This document shows, in pieces, positions 12,107-26,264 of a stretch of DNA of 64,000 bases. The position numbers and the translations under genes were made by a program. The notes under the pieces were generated by a model that ran no database searches, had not been told where the DNA came from, and was given only the letters and a program-made list of their open reading frames with translations. The stretch lies in contig CM068748.1 in the NCBI GenBank assembly GCA_035084275.1, positions 12,710,001 through 12,774,000 on the forward strand, read 5' to 3'. The DNA comes from Hydrolagus colliei (taxonomy: Eukaryota). Every line of letters starts with the position of its first letter. The first letter of the stretch is position 1.

Positions 12107-12406
12107 CCAGGTGGCTCAGTAAGTGGAAGCACTGGTCTTTCATCTCTGGGCTCAGGGTTCAAATCTAGCCCTCACTGATGAGCAAACACGTTAGTCTCCA
12201 ATGACTAAAAGGGTTCCAAGTGAAATGATCTGCTGCACAAAGTGAGCTATAATTTGATATTAAATAAACAGTCTGACATAAGAGAGACCATGAGGATTGC
12301 CAGTGTGGGAAATGAAAAAGACACAGCACATCAGCACTTTGGTATTCTTTGAGGTTGAGGTTAAAGTAAATTGTTATGTCACATGGAGGGAAGGTTTACT
12401 CTGCAT
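12107..12406 (+). mobile_element. ancient tRNA-derived SINE, LF-SINE-like
   Basis: A box tggctcagtaag, ctttcatctctgg, B box ggttcaaatc, gtgaaatga, agagagaccatgagg, gggaaggtttactctgc in the LF-SINE order as I recall it. Confidence 0.55.
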
Positions 12407-15400
12407 GAGGTTTGTACTCTGCTACAATACAAATTTTGGGCTCATCTTTGAGCCTAGATCCACTTGTACCTTTATTATTTTAAGCTTTCAGTTCTCTCTG
12501 GCTCATTGTTCTTGTGTACCCTTTACGTGTTAATTATTTTGCCTTCTGATTAAAAGGATGAAAACAATTTACTACAGGAAATCTCCATGTGTGATAACAC
12601 AACTTGCCATGTGTTACACGGCAGAAACATATCATGAGATTCAGAAAGGAACGTCTGCAGTAGGTTTACAGAGCCAATTATTTCTTCTGTTTATAAGATC
12701 CAAATAAATCATCTCACTTTTGTGTCAATGTGCCCACTTAAACTTAGCTAGGATGAGTCAAGAGAAAACAAATGCTTGAACTTTTGATATGAAATGAACA
12801 CAGTCAAATATGATAGATACTGTATCATATAACCTGCTGTTATATATCTATGATACAAGACTGGTGCCTCATTGGTCTTCCTTCTCAGACAGATTGAAAC
12901 AAAACAAGAAAAGGTATTATGTTAGAGTGGCTACCATTTATTGCAAGATAGAAGAACTTTATTGTTCAACCATGCAAAATGCTTTCTTTGAAACGTCTTA
13001 CCTTTAGGATAATTAATTCTGTCCTGATGTCAGTTTTCCCTGATACCTACAAATTGTCACTTTCTACCATAAGTGATTATTCATCACTGCAAGTCCTGGA
13101 TGTTTGACACTTCAAGGCATATAAAAAATACTGGCTTTTTCATTAAATCATTAATTCTGACCGCCACACTTTACTGACAGATTTGAAAGAACTCTTTCAT
13201 TTGTTAATGGCAGGTACATGCATAGAGGTAGCTGGATTAAAAGTTAAAAGTCTTCTGAGAAAATGGTTAAGTCTTCTCTGTCAGCTTGCGTTATACATTC
13301 ATCCTGTAAAGCAATGAGCAATAATGGTTCTTTCAGGGATATTTCAAAATGTATTTCTACAAATGCAGGATGTCTTTACACTTGAGATAAAACCAAAGCA
13401 TTAACATCTAAACTAACTTCCTTCAATGGTAAGAGGAAGATTACAGTTCTCTAAATGCTGTTCTGCATTTATACATCTAGGAAGAGCTTTGATTTTGAGC
13501 TATACATCAGCAATAAGCGATTAAAACTAAAACTCTGGACTTCATTTAGCATTGACAGAGACAGAGTAGAATCTATTGTTCCCATATTTTCTGAGTTCAT
13601 TGCAATTCCTCATTCAAACTAAGCAGATTAAGCAGTATGAAACATGAAACAATGCTTAGAATTTACTGAACTGTGGTACCTCAACCCCTCCCTTACTAAA
13701 TGTTCTTCAACAAACCTTGAAAAGACAATGACATTATTTAAATAAATGAAACAAATGCACCACTGCAGTCCTCATAACCTCATTTCCATGAATCAAAAAA
13801 AGCTCCTGGGGCATTTGGCAAACCAAAAAGCACAACTGTAAATTGGTCCAAATCCTGCTGAGTTATAAATGTGATCTTAATCAGCTCCTTCAACTTCTTC
13901 CTGCTAATAACTTACAGATATGGCACATGTCAAATATAAGCAGGCACTGTTCTGGGCATATAATGTTTTTTAAATTCTTGGTAATGGGTTTGAGATCTTA
14001 ACTGTCAACTGGTTCAACTTCAAAAAAGTCAACATTGTATTGGAATGATTAGAGATCTCCATGGGCTAGTATTAAAGTTCAACTAGTATTCAATCAACTG
14101 GTATCTCATTAATATGCTGCTTGGCTTTATCATACCAAGAAAGTGGAAAGTATTAAAATGCTGTCAAATTTGCTTTTTAATCTCCTTTAAAGTAATGAAG
14201 CTGAACATCCTGTCCCTTTTCATTGTTATCATAGTTAAATGCTTCACAACTTACCTCTCTAGCTATTTCTGCTGAATAAAATCTGAGTTTACTTGGCATT
14301 ACCTACTGAACAATGGTATGAAAAGCTCCAACATTTAATACTCTGAACAACTTGTATCTTCACAGGTATGGAACTATTGCCAAATGTCTGACCAGAGTAC
14401 TTGGCAGGGGAACTGCAAGGCTGTTACTGTTGCATCTGTTCGAGAAAATGCCTGCACAATTGAAAGAGTTTCCATCCCATTAGAATGGAATTGCAACAGA
14501 ATCCATGGATGAGCTCATGTATTGACAAAAAAAACCTTCTCAGACTACCCAAGAACTTCCATTTCTTCAAAAGAAAGGGATTTTGAATGTCCCAATGCAA
14601 ATTGTTCTGGATTCTAAACTAGCTTTTCACAGGTGAGAATCCTATAACTGGGTTCCACAAATAGAAAGTTTAAGAGAGTGGGGATAGATTGAAAGGAACG
14701 GCTGGAATAGCAGAGCTGCAAAAGGGCAATTTTGCAAGTAAAGTGGGGCAAGACCATTGAGGCATTTGATGGTAAGAACAAGAATGGTCACTCTAATGTG
14801 GCTACTATTTAGTGTCTTTTATTTTCATGCGAACGTTATGTCTCTATTATAACAGCACACATTTAACATAAAAGTTGAGGGGCAGAGCAACTGAATCTTA
14901 TTCAGATTTGACTTCATTGCCTCCACTGGGAAATACCAAACAAGCTTGGCAGAAAAATGGTACTGGGTTGGCTCCAGTTGACAGCTCAAGCTGACAGAAG
15001 GCACCAGATGAAAAAACAATACAACATACTTTGAAACTATCGTTAAAATACTGACCTGCACATGCAGATATAAAATGCATGAAACTGAGATCATGGAATG
15101 AGCCAATTCTTACATCAAAACCTCTTTCCACACACAATGTACCTTACATTAAATCATGTATACAATGCATTTTAAACTCTTGAAGAAAGGTTTGCAAAGT
15201 TGCACCATCAATCAAGTACCAACAGCATCAACCGATCGTAGAGCATTATACAGAAGCAGATTTTTCTAACATGGGGAAGCATTTAATACCTGTGAAGGCT
15301 GGGAGGATAATGGGGTACTGGGAAGGTAATCTTACCCCTTCTCACAGAAGCTTGAGATGAATTAACAATAGTTTGTCGCTGAGTTCATACAACATTCCTG

Positions 15401-17547
15401 AAACAAACTGGTCTTACAAAAGTTATTTTGCTAAGACTGGTGGTGACTCTTTTTGAAACTTAACTCAGTAAACCTATGTGCAAAAGAATGAAAATCTTTG
15501 CCAGATTTCTGAAGTGAAAATGAGTCCTTACATCCACAATCTCTCTCTGGGGAAATATCCACGTCTATTAAAGTCACTGTAAGCAAATACCTCTCATTAA
15601 TTCTCTCATAAAATCAGTCATAAACAGCTTATGCTTAATTCCGCTAAGCAAAATGTCACATTTTACAGTACAACAATCCATTAGCCCTGGAACAAGATTC
15701 AAACCAGTACACTTCAGTGGTTTAAAAAAGCCAATCCATAAATATGGACAAGACTGAAATTTCAAACCAAATTCCAGCTGACAGTTTCTGATGGGAAACT
15801 TGGAAGTGCTCCTCTTAGAAGCTTGCTCCAGATATTTTAGCCTCAATACTCTTCGGAACAAAAGTCCACCTTCTAAGCACATAAAAGTCAAATTTCTGAC
15901 GTGAAGCAAGTTCTTGAGCTATAAGGGAACAATGCCATTTTAGGGAAAGTGGAGAGACACTTTTCATGACTTGTGTGAAAAGTTGGCATTAGAATTTAAT
16001 TTATATCATTATAGTATGCATTTGTAGACAAAGATAGAAGTGTCATGTCACTAGTCCCACTTTAGCAGAAATGCCTTCATTTAAATCTCCTCATTTACAT
16101 ATTGCAGGTATATTACTTTTACTATATGCTTTCCATTTTCAGTTTAGAAGCATACTCACTCTAACAGTGTTGTAAACATTGTCCGTAGAGTTCAATAGTT
16201 CTTCCAATTTAGTTACTAATCTGCTCTGCTTAATGACTTGACTGCTCAAATTATTAACCAAACTGCTGTCTGTCGGTTTTCAAAAAGTACCAGAATCAAA
16301 ATTCACCAGAATACCACCATGCAAACCATACTGCTAACTGCACAGCAGCTCTTCCCGAGGTAGTTGATAGTAGCTGTTTGGTCGATGGAAACATGCAGGA
16401 GCGATTTGTTCAAAAATTGGCTGAACCATTGATTCATTCTGAATATTTCTCCACGGATAACTATACCATTTTGATATGTTGCCCCATCATTACCTGCTTA
16501 TTGTAACTTTTTTGCCTTGCAAACTGAAAGTGACAACAAGAGTCTGCATTTTATTGAAGGAATTCTGAAAGACCACCAGTCAGATGCAAGGTATGGTTTT
16601 GTAATCTCTCCCCAAGGCAATTTAAAAATATCACACATGATGAATGCATCATATAAACACAAGGAAACCAATGTATCAGCAGAGGAAAATGGACATACAT
16701 TATCTCAGATTTTCAGACGAGTTGTTTCGTTGATTCAAACATTGAATTGGAAGTCTGAGTAAAAGCTTCTCAATAGTACAGGTACTCTAATTATACAAAT
16801 ATAATTGGCAAACAAAGATTGACCTGCAGATAAGGATCAAAAGTTCAGCTTTGGTTTCTTATGATGAAAGGGGTGGGGGTCACCTGTTGGATAATGACTA
16901 TGTGATTCCAAGTCCTGTGTTCAAGATTTTTACTCCATCTCCATTATTTTCTCGAAAGACAAAACTGAGTGATGAAGACTGCTTGGAGTCTGATACTTTA
17001 AATATTAGATTGAGAATTTTAATTTATTTGCTGATGATGTAAAATGGCTTGGGATATAATTTATGTCATAATTTCATTTAAATTGTTCTTCGACAATCGG
17101 GCCTGTGCAGTGAGCAATAATGTTTATTTAAATGTCACATGAAATAAGATTCAAACCAGTTCCTGTCCTACCAGGTGTCACTGAATAGCAAGCTGGAGTG
17201 GGAGTTGTGACAGTGTTTCTGTCATACCTATCTTCCCAGCTTGGGGATACTCAAGACAACTCACTGAGATCAGCTAGCTCAGTGCAGACCATGTATCAAA
17301 CCTTATGTAGTTCACAATATTCAGAGTTCACTATCCAAAATTTGACATGCAGCATAAGATTTTGTATAAGGTGAGTGATTCCAGGCTGTGTGATCTTTCA
17401 ATGTCTTGAGGTTTTTTGACAGCCACTCAATTTGCTCACAGCATATGGCTGCACATGTGGCCTATTCAGGTAAACCTGTGTGGTGCTGACAAACTGCATT
17501 TCATGGGAGGACCATTCATTGCACAATTTTGAAGATTAAGCACCCAA

Positions 17548-17845
17548 AATAATAATAATACCGATAATAATCCTTGTATTTGATATAGTGCTTTTCACGT
17601 TGTCTAGATGTCTCAAAGCGCTTCACAGAATATACTGTAAAGTGAATTGACTGTATATATGTGGGTGAAACGCAGCAGCCAATTGCGCACAGTAGTGTCC
17701 CACAAACAGTTATGGATTGAAATAACCAATTTTTTGAGGGATTATTATTAGGCGTGTCATGTGGAGTAAGGAAACTTGTCCCATGTTTTACCCTGCCTGG
17801 AATTGAACCAAGGCAAGGCAAGTGCCATAACCACGGAGCTACAGG
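17548..17845 (-). mobile_element. young Deu-type SINE, near full length
   Basis: reverse-complement match to 37214-37527 including head (gagctacagga). Confidence 0.92.
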
Positions 17846-18861
17846 AAAATATATTTTGCAATGGGTGATTTATAATCCTATGGGGGGTGGGGGGAGGTGA
17901 AGATGGCCTATTTCAGGGTTAACAATATTCAAAGCTAATTAGCTTTGAACTTGTCCACATTAATATTTTTGAATTCCTCACAATAAGATGTACATTCCAT
18001 GGGTAAAAAGTAATTAAGCAAAGGCGTACAATGAGTCATGATGCAATAAATCAATGGTCACGGAAGCAAACAAGAGTTTCTGTCACTGGCGGTATCGTCA
18101 ATCTCTCGTTCACAGCCTTGTATTCCTGGAAAGGTTCCAGTCTTTGAGTTCAGAACAAGTTTATTGCAAGAGAATGTTTTTTAGAAACAGTGCTAGCTGA
18201 CAGAATGTTTCAGTCTGTCTCTGTTGCCTTCTCAGAATGGCTGCTCTATTTGCGGGTGAGCATCACCCCAATCATTCTTTCCATATAGCAGAATAATAAA
18301 CAATAAAGCTTAGAGTTAATATAAAAATAAAAGCTGGGGAACTTCTATTGAATTCTGTGTGATGGAACTTTTCTTCGCTTTAGTTTTCTGCTTTATTTTT
18401 TGCTGCATACACATATACACATACTGCAAGACCCACCATTTCCTTCACACACCCTGCCCATCTGTTCTGCAGTCTATTGAAAGTTGAAAACAAATGAACA
18501 TAAAACCTAATTTGTACATTCACACATAGAGTATATCATTGAGGATTTATCCAGTAAATTCACTGTTTGGGATTAAACTAAATAAGTGGATTTGGAGAAA
18601 AAGTTTCACAAATATTTATGATAGGATTTATGACCAATACAGAAGAACATAACATGGTGCTAGTTTAAATGGTTGCCATTCAAGTAAACCCTCACAGTTT
18701 CTACTGCTGAGGTTAGGCATTTCTTCATGGGCATAGGAACCACTGGGGAAAAGAAAGGAACATTACAGATCACCAAAACAAGGAAGCATGGTTATTTGCA
18801 TTCTTAAGTACAGTACATATATTGCTATTCAGAATTGATCTTGCACTTGTCGTTGAACTCC

Positions 18862-18980
18862 AATAATAGTAATAATAATCTTTGCATTTGATATAGCGCT
18901 TTCCACGTCTTCTAGACGTCTCAAAGCGCTTCATAGAATATACTGTAAAGTGAATTGATTATATTTGTGGGCTAAACAAA
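18862..18980 (-). mobile_element. young SINE 3' fragment
   Basis: tagcgctttccacgtcttctagacgtctcaaagcgct. Confidence 0.88.
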
Positions 18981-19234
18981 ATCTTCACATCCCACAGACA
19001 AAACGCATTCTTGCTTTGTGTAAAGTCCATATGGAAAGCTATCGAAGTGTTCCATTATTTCTGGTCAATTTGATGGCATAAGTATAATCTGACAGTACAT
19101 TACCATTCAATATTCAATATCAATGTGAATCGAGTACTGTATATTATGGTAACTACATATTATCACTCATATCACCACACATTTGATGTCCAAACTTCCT
19201 ACATTTTAGGGACTGTCGTGTCATGCATTTTGTA

Positions 19235-19500
19235 CATCATGACATCAAAGTGTCTCAAAATGCTTCACAGATAATTGCTGTCAATTTGTAGTCAAACACA
19301 GCAGTTATTTTTACTCACAGCAATGTTTTATTTTGGTTACATGTCAATGGCCAACATAACTGGCTTAGCCTTGACACCCAGAAACCCCAACCACGCTTCT
19401 CTTTAAGTGATTTGATTTGATGATATCTTTGTCATCCAGCCTTAACATACAGATAACACACATTGAAGAAGAAACAATTGTCAGTTTAACTTCTCAAAAA
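19235..19500 (-). mobile_element. old DeuSINE remnant
   Basis: degenerate tgtctcaaaatgcttcacag ... gtttaacttctca. Confidence 0.5.
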
Positions 19501-20817
19501 ATGAATGAATACTTCCTTAGGTGCAGCTGTGTCTGTTGAGCCAAGAAGGTAGGCACTTCAGAGAAGAAGTTAAATGGACGTATCTTGCTCTCAACTCAGG
19601 GAAGGGAGTTCTCCCAAAGTCTGTCCACCAGCTTTTTGGCTGATGGACATCTTAAATTATTAGATGAAGTTTTCTGTGCCTCAATGAGTAAAAATTCGGT
19701 GCTCAGTGATCTTGTTGGCCATTTCCTATGTTGCTCTTGACTGTTCATCAAGGAAGGCACATGCCCAGATAACTCCCAGAACTGACAGTGTTGAAGATTG
19801 AGTGGCAGCTCATCCTGATCAAATGACTGAGCAACAAGCAGGAGTGACTGCTATCTTCAATTCAGGAATGAAAGCATGCTAAGATTTGTGGAATACTAAC
19901 AGCACTCCAGAGAGCTAATGTGAAGTTGCTTTGTTTATGGTGCTTTCAAATAGATATTCAAGGTAAAAAAAAAGTTCCCTTGAATTGCATGAAAAGATTT
20001 TTCAAATTTTTGTGAAGAATCATGTAGCAGTAAATAAGAGAAAGTGTTTGATGTTTGGCTTCATTCTCACTTGGATGATGGACTGCCACTGCTGCATTGC
20101 AACTATAATTAGTTATTTGATTGGGGATCACACATGCCACTCAAGCTATACAAGAGGTTCACAGGTTGAAAAAATCAAATGCTTAAGGCCGTGAAATAGC
20201 CAGAGGTGTAATAATCAGAGATGCAGAGTTTTATCAGGGGAAATTCAGGCAAATGCGATAGAAAAGACCTCAAGATACAACTGATGATTAGGATACAAAA
20301 CCCATTTTACTCTCTGACCTCATACCATTTTTGTTCAAGGCTATTAATTATCTGGAGGGGAAACCTATTAACCTATAAGATTGCACATTCCCGCCTGGAA
20401 AATAGTCAGGAATATCGAATGAATATTATCATGTGCCAAAATAATATTTTCAAAGGAAATGTGGGACATTGGGACAAACAACATTGTCAAGCAGCAAAAT
20501 ATGTGTTGCTGGTTCTTTCAAGTTATTTTACTGCCAAACTGAGAAATGAACCACAAACAATCTGGTTTAATTTTGGAATTTTGTTGTTTTCTTTAAAATA
20601 TTAGCTGAAAGATCATTACCATTCAGCTGAACTTACTGCAGAGCAAACCAATTCAAATACCTCCAACTTTCTCTTACCCAGTATCAATTGAAATTCACAC
20701 AGTTGCCTGCTAGAGTAGACAAGTGGTATTGATGCAATATCCATTGAATGACTTCAGATCATGACAATGTCGTTGGAGGCAATAAACATGGGCTCTTCAC
20801 TCGGGAAGGAGGGGAAA

Positions 20818-20930
20818 TCAACAGAAACAATTTACATTTATATTGCTCCTTTCACATCAGGAGGTTGTCCTGAAGTACTTCATAAAGTGACTGGAAGCCC
20901 AAGATCAAAAGGGGGGCTGTGGAGGGGAGA
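20818..20930 (-). mobile_element. L2 tail fragment
   Basis: tttacatttatattgctcctttcacatcaggaggttgtcc. Confidence 0.7.
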
Positions 20931-21279
20931 GAACCTAGACTATTAAAATTATTTAGTTCTGCAGTTACAAAGGCTGTTTCCGGTCTCATGCATGGGCTGC
21001 AAAAAAATTATATTTCATTTATTTCAAATAATAAATATCTTGAAAAGTCCAGGAATGAGCAAGCAATGGATTGCCACTCTCTCATCATCTTTAATAATAA
21101 TAATGATAATCTTTGGAGCCCGTGCTTGAATCTTTCCCAGGTTCTTGCAATGAAACTACTGACTGCAAGAATCCCCAGGGAAATGAATCCCCAGTGAAAT
21201 AAATACAGGCTTGTCTCTATCCAGTTGCTCACAGGTACACTTATATAACATAGAACTGCTCAAAACACAGCACTGAATC

Positions 21280-21435
21280 AGCCCTAATTGTACATCTAAC
21301 TCAGAGAGGTCATGAGGATGACTGGTTTGGGAACAGGAACATGTCTCTCAGGAGCAATAAGAGAATTCTCCACAGCAAGCATTTCAGGCCGTGTAGTTGA
21401 TGAAGAGTGAAGGAAGCTTTAACTCGGCATTTAGT
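21280..21435 (+). mobile_element. LF-SINE-like 3' remnant
   Basis: ctaattg...tcagagaggtcatgaggatg...ggaagctttaactc, similar to 12270-12406. Confidence 0.45.
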
Positions 21436-21714
21436 TCATATTATTTTTGGGCATTTGGAGAAGGAGAAATTGTTATGCATTCATTAGAGACTTGTATTCT
21501 TTAGAGACATAGCTTGACACACAAAGAGCCTCAGCAACCTTACAGCATCTTTACTAACTTTTAATCTTAGAAACCTCATCCAAAAATAAAATTATGGCAA
21601 GTAGATACCTATCTCCTCAAAGAGTTTAACATATGAGCACAACTCCTTGAATTCCACTTCCACTTTGCATCAGACTGTGGCATACAATTGATGTGTGCTA
21701 ATGACAGCAACATA

Positions 21715-21868
21715 TTCAAGAGCCACCCTTTTGAATGCGCTTTTGGCTATTTTTCCCCTTCAGACCCCTCACCCTTACCGACTCCCACCCTAGCCAGTAT
21801 TGTTAAGCACCTCAAGTCATCCTTCTGACGTGAAAGGCCCTGTAAAAATGTAAATTTGTATTGTATTG
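21715..21868 (+). mobile_element. L2 3' fragment
   Basis: ctgacgtgaaaggccctgtaaaaatgtaaatttgt. Confidence 0.7.
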
Positions 21869-23429
21869 CAATGTCATAAGTCAGCGAATAGCCCATTTCT
21901 CATTCTCAATATGATGTTTTTGCTTTCAGGCAAAAAGCAAATGATGGTGGTAACATCTAGGTACAAGTTTTTTCCCAATATTTTTAGCCCTGTTATTTTA
22001 CCTTTTTAAAGTGCTATGTCACTGGATAAATTGAACATGTATAATTAGTGGACACAAACAAGCATGAAGGTAGAAGCTGCATACAGATTTTATTGTAAAT
22101 GCTGCTGTGTGTGGTGAAATGGAAAGCGGCAGTTATTATCACCTACCTCGCCTTTCAGAAGTATATTAGGTACATAAATATCCAACCACTCAATAACGCT
22201 CACAGATTAAATTAATTTCTCTTTCTACTATTACTTTTCATTGTGAATTATGTGAGGATGGAGCTGAGGATTTACTTAGCGTTTGGCCCTTCTATTTATT
22301 TCATCTCTATGTTTGTGCAGTTTATTATAGGCACAGGGGCAGATTAGAAAATGTTATAAGGCTGCAATATGATTGAAGGTTCAGTCGATGCAATATACAG
22401 CAAAAAAAAAGCTTTTCTAACTGTAGAGGTGTTATAGCTTGTGGCTTGTTCCAACTGAGCTGTTATCTGAGTAAAACAGAATTGATTTATACAAATGAGT
22501 GTTAGATAAAACACAATTTTTTGTATAAATTTGTACAAGGCAGCAAGACTTGTGATATACATTTGCCGTTGTGCACTTATCATGGTGCAGGACCTTGTTG
22601 TTGAGAGTAAGTGGAATATTTTCCACTTTTTCCACCAGTTTCATTAGAAAACACGCCTGGTTCAGGAGAGCATGGCCGGATCCTGCAGCAGAGTAAAGCG
22701 ACCTCTAATCCATCCCAACAATGAGCCTTTAATCCAGGCTCCAAAAATGACCCCCCCGCTCCCCTCCCCTCCACCACCCATCTACATTTTGCAAACTTGT
22801 CATCATTACAACCTTTCTAATTTCCTGAAGTGAATAGCCCAAGTGTGACATGGAAAAGAACATGTTCCTTTTTCTCTTAATGGATTCAATGAGAAATGAA
22901 TGACTGCTTGACCCACTCTTCCCTTTAAATAACTATTTCCAACACAGGGTGACTATCACCTGGAATGGGATATTTTCTAACAGATAAAAATTACCCTACA
23001 AGGTAAATATTCATTCTCTTATTTCCTATGTGTAACACACATTTTCAATAAAGCTTTATGTTACACCTCACTCATGTAAATGTTTATTCAGTGTCTGTAA
23101 AACTTTCTAACCATTTACGTTTAGGTTATACTTCCCCTTATGAATCCTTGGAGCAGCAACAACGTTATAAGACTCATACAACAGTATAACAATGGCTCTG
23201 TATAGAAACAGTCCCACAGAATGTCCCCATAGTCATCTTATGACAGCCATAGAGAGATGCTTTCAAAAATGGTGGCTTAGAATAGTGCAGTGAGACCCAA
23301 GGGTTGATGGAAAAATATAAATAAAACAGCACAAAAATGTAATTTACAAAAAATGTATAAAGATCTTAAGCACCTCAAGTCAGTCCCAACAATATACTGT
23401 ATGTGTGATTCAGAATGGAATCTGCAAAT

Positions 23430-23558
23430 AAAAAATGGATTTCAAGAATGTGCAGGGAATTGGGCACTAAGAGTGTGTAACTGCAGCTGAGGAGCCGACA
23501 GCAGTGAAGACTTGATGGGCCTAATATCCACCTGTATGGTAATTTCTAAGATCCTATG
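23430..23558 (+). mobile_element. old CR1 3' end
   Basis: gacttgatgggcctaat...tttctaagatcctatg. Confidence 0.55.
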
Positions 23559-23684
23559 GGAGTTCACCACCTGAAGTCAGTCATAAGATTGGACAAGTTA
23601 CATTTTATTGAGGTTCTGGAATTGGGTATTGTATAAACTGTGCAACATGAATCGCCTCACTCTGGAGCCCATGCCCAAGCCTTG

Positions 23685-23744
23685 CAACAACAACAACATA
23701 ATTACATTTGTAGAGCACCTATCACGTTGGGAGGACGTCCCAAG
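23685..23744 (-). mobile_element. L2 tail-only fragment (type A)
   Basis: (CAA)n attacatttgtagagcacctatcacgttgggaggacgtcccaag. Confidence 0.85.
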
Positions 23745-26264
23745 TCTGGGCATAATATTTTCCGAAATTAGCCAAGTAGGATGCATCCCTCCAAGAAAAG
23801 GTTGCACATTATTCCAAAACCGAGAAATTTCTATGTGTAGGTGGGATGCATGGAATGTCTGTTTGTGTTGGATACGGGAAGCACGGTAATGGGTTTGCGG
23901 ACACCCGGCTGATCAAAACAAAATGAATCACATCACAGGTGCCCACAACCTAATTCACGTCATCACTTTATCAATAACATGATACATTATCTTTCAGTCC
24001 AGAAGCTTTTTTTGGTGACCTAAACACTCATTTACTCCAGGCCCTGCCACTGTAAGTTATGGTGAATTGGTTCCGACAACTTTCTGAGATACCAGAAACG
24101 CTCATGAATTCACAGTGAATTAGAATTTGAAATGGTAAGATCAGCTTTTAGTCCAGTATTGGTTTTCGTGTCTTAAGTCAATAGAAACGAGTTGTTCACC
24201 ACATCACAACAGTTCAATACATTTTTAAATGAAATGTGCTAGCAACACTATTTTGTCATATCTGTCAACATCAGCTAACTGTCAATTCTCCCTAAAGTGG
24301 TGGACTAATTTCTTCAAGTTGTGCACAGTCAAAAACAAACATTTAGGTGGTTTTCTGCTGATCCAGGTCAAGATGCACACTTTGATGATGGTCACATTGA
24401 TGGAGATACTTTACCAAAAGGCATTTAAATTAGCAAAGAAAAGATAATTAGCCTTTGAAAATGAAAATGTCAGCACTGAAGTTACTATGATTAATGTTCA
24501 CTTGTATATCTGCTGAAAGTAGAGGGGAATCAGTTTGACCTAAAGCTTCAAACATTCAGCATGCAATCATTTTTTTAACGTAAGAGAACTTCTACCTAAC
24601 ATTATGTTGCACTTTGCCACTTGCATAACACTGTTCTACGATATTTACGTATAAATCACATTGAAAAAATATTATTTTATTTTGCACATTAACTAATAGT
24701 AGTTTATTGAATTAATTTATAATGAGCATAACCAAAGCTATGTTAAAATATTGAATTTCAATGTTGTTTCATATTTAGTAATATGTCTGTCATTCACCAA
24801 TAAACAAGGAATCCTCATATTCTGAGATTTGCAGATAATTTGCTGAAATATTTCACCAGAGTTAAAATATGTGCACAGGTAGATTAAGTATTATATCACC
24901 TCATTCTTATTAGCATTGCTGAACAACAAAGATGTCGACTGAAGTGGGATCAAAGAGACTTGATACAAAAAACACTATCAGTTGCACCGTGAGCTGCACA
25001 TCAGAAATATGGTATGTTGATCTAAGCTCTGACACTTCTAAAATATAGAGCAGGAAAGCACATCAATAAAGAGCCACTTTCCATTCAGTTGACGTATGCC
25101 CGTGTTTTGTTCCAGCATAGAATTTGTTCAACGGAAAGCGGACATACACTACATCTGTACCCAGTCAGTCACTATTAATTTACTACAGGATGCAAAAGAA
25201 TTGGGCTGGCGGACAGGACAGCAGCAGGAGCAATGGTAGAAGCTGTCCTGACAAACCACTTCAGACAGTTACATTAAACTCAGTGATGAGCCTCCACATC
25301 AGTCACTTTAATTCATTCTTGACAAACAGAAGAAGATTATTAGTATACACTAATCAAAGGCCGGATTAGGCAAACACATTCATTGTGTTCTAAGAATGGT
25401 TTAAAAAGATTACAGACTGCAAGTCCCTAAAGCTTTGACAGAGATTTTTGTTTGAATGAGGATCGGTAGCAAGAGGCTGTAAAATGGATAGAAGTGATAA
25501 TTTGACTTCACACAGTTTTTTTGTCAATAGATAAGGCTCATTGGTGGTACATTCAACTGTTTGCCTCTGGGTTTACATTATGGACATCGAGAGAAGGATG
25601 GGCTTCTAATTTCACTTGAGGCCTGGGATTAGAAACTACTGATTTTTTTCCTTTAGGGAAGTTTGAAGAATGGAGATAAATGAAAATAACGTTATATTTA
25701 TTATTAGTGAGAGTATTATTTCTACAGGCTCAATAGAATTGTATTGTCTGATAAACTAAAGAGTTAATTATGGGAAGCAATTCAAGGATATCTTATAAAC
25801 ATTGAACAATTCTACATTATGCAGATTTGAGTTAACTCTCCATTAAATATTGTATTAGAGAATAAATTATTAAAATGCATCAAATGCTCAGATTTTATTC
25901 GATAATTCCAGTATTTGGTGAAAACTGTAAGTGACAACAATTACAAAAGAGAAAGACATAATTAGTTTATGCTCCATGGAGAGAGTTGCTGCCCTGGCTG
26001 GGGGATTTGTGGCTCACATTGAGCAGGATCTTGTTGTCTCAATGAAAGAGCCTTGATGTGTCAGCCAAGCTAGCCCCTTCACACATCTCCTCAGCAGCTG
26101 CTAATGACAAGAGCAATGATGCTAATGCTGATGACAAGAGCATAAAGCAGAGAAGGACCTGAACCCTAAAAATTATATTTATATTCTACTGAGAACAAAT
26201 AACACCGAACAAGAATATGAATGAATGAAATGATTATTTAGGTAGATATAAACTGTTTCACTTA

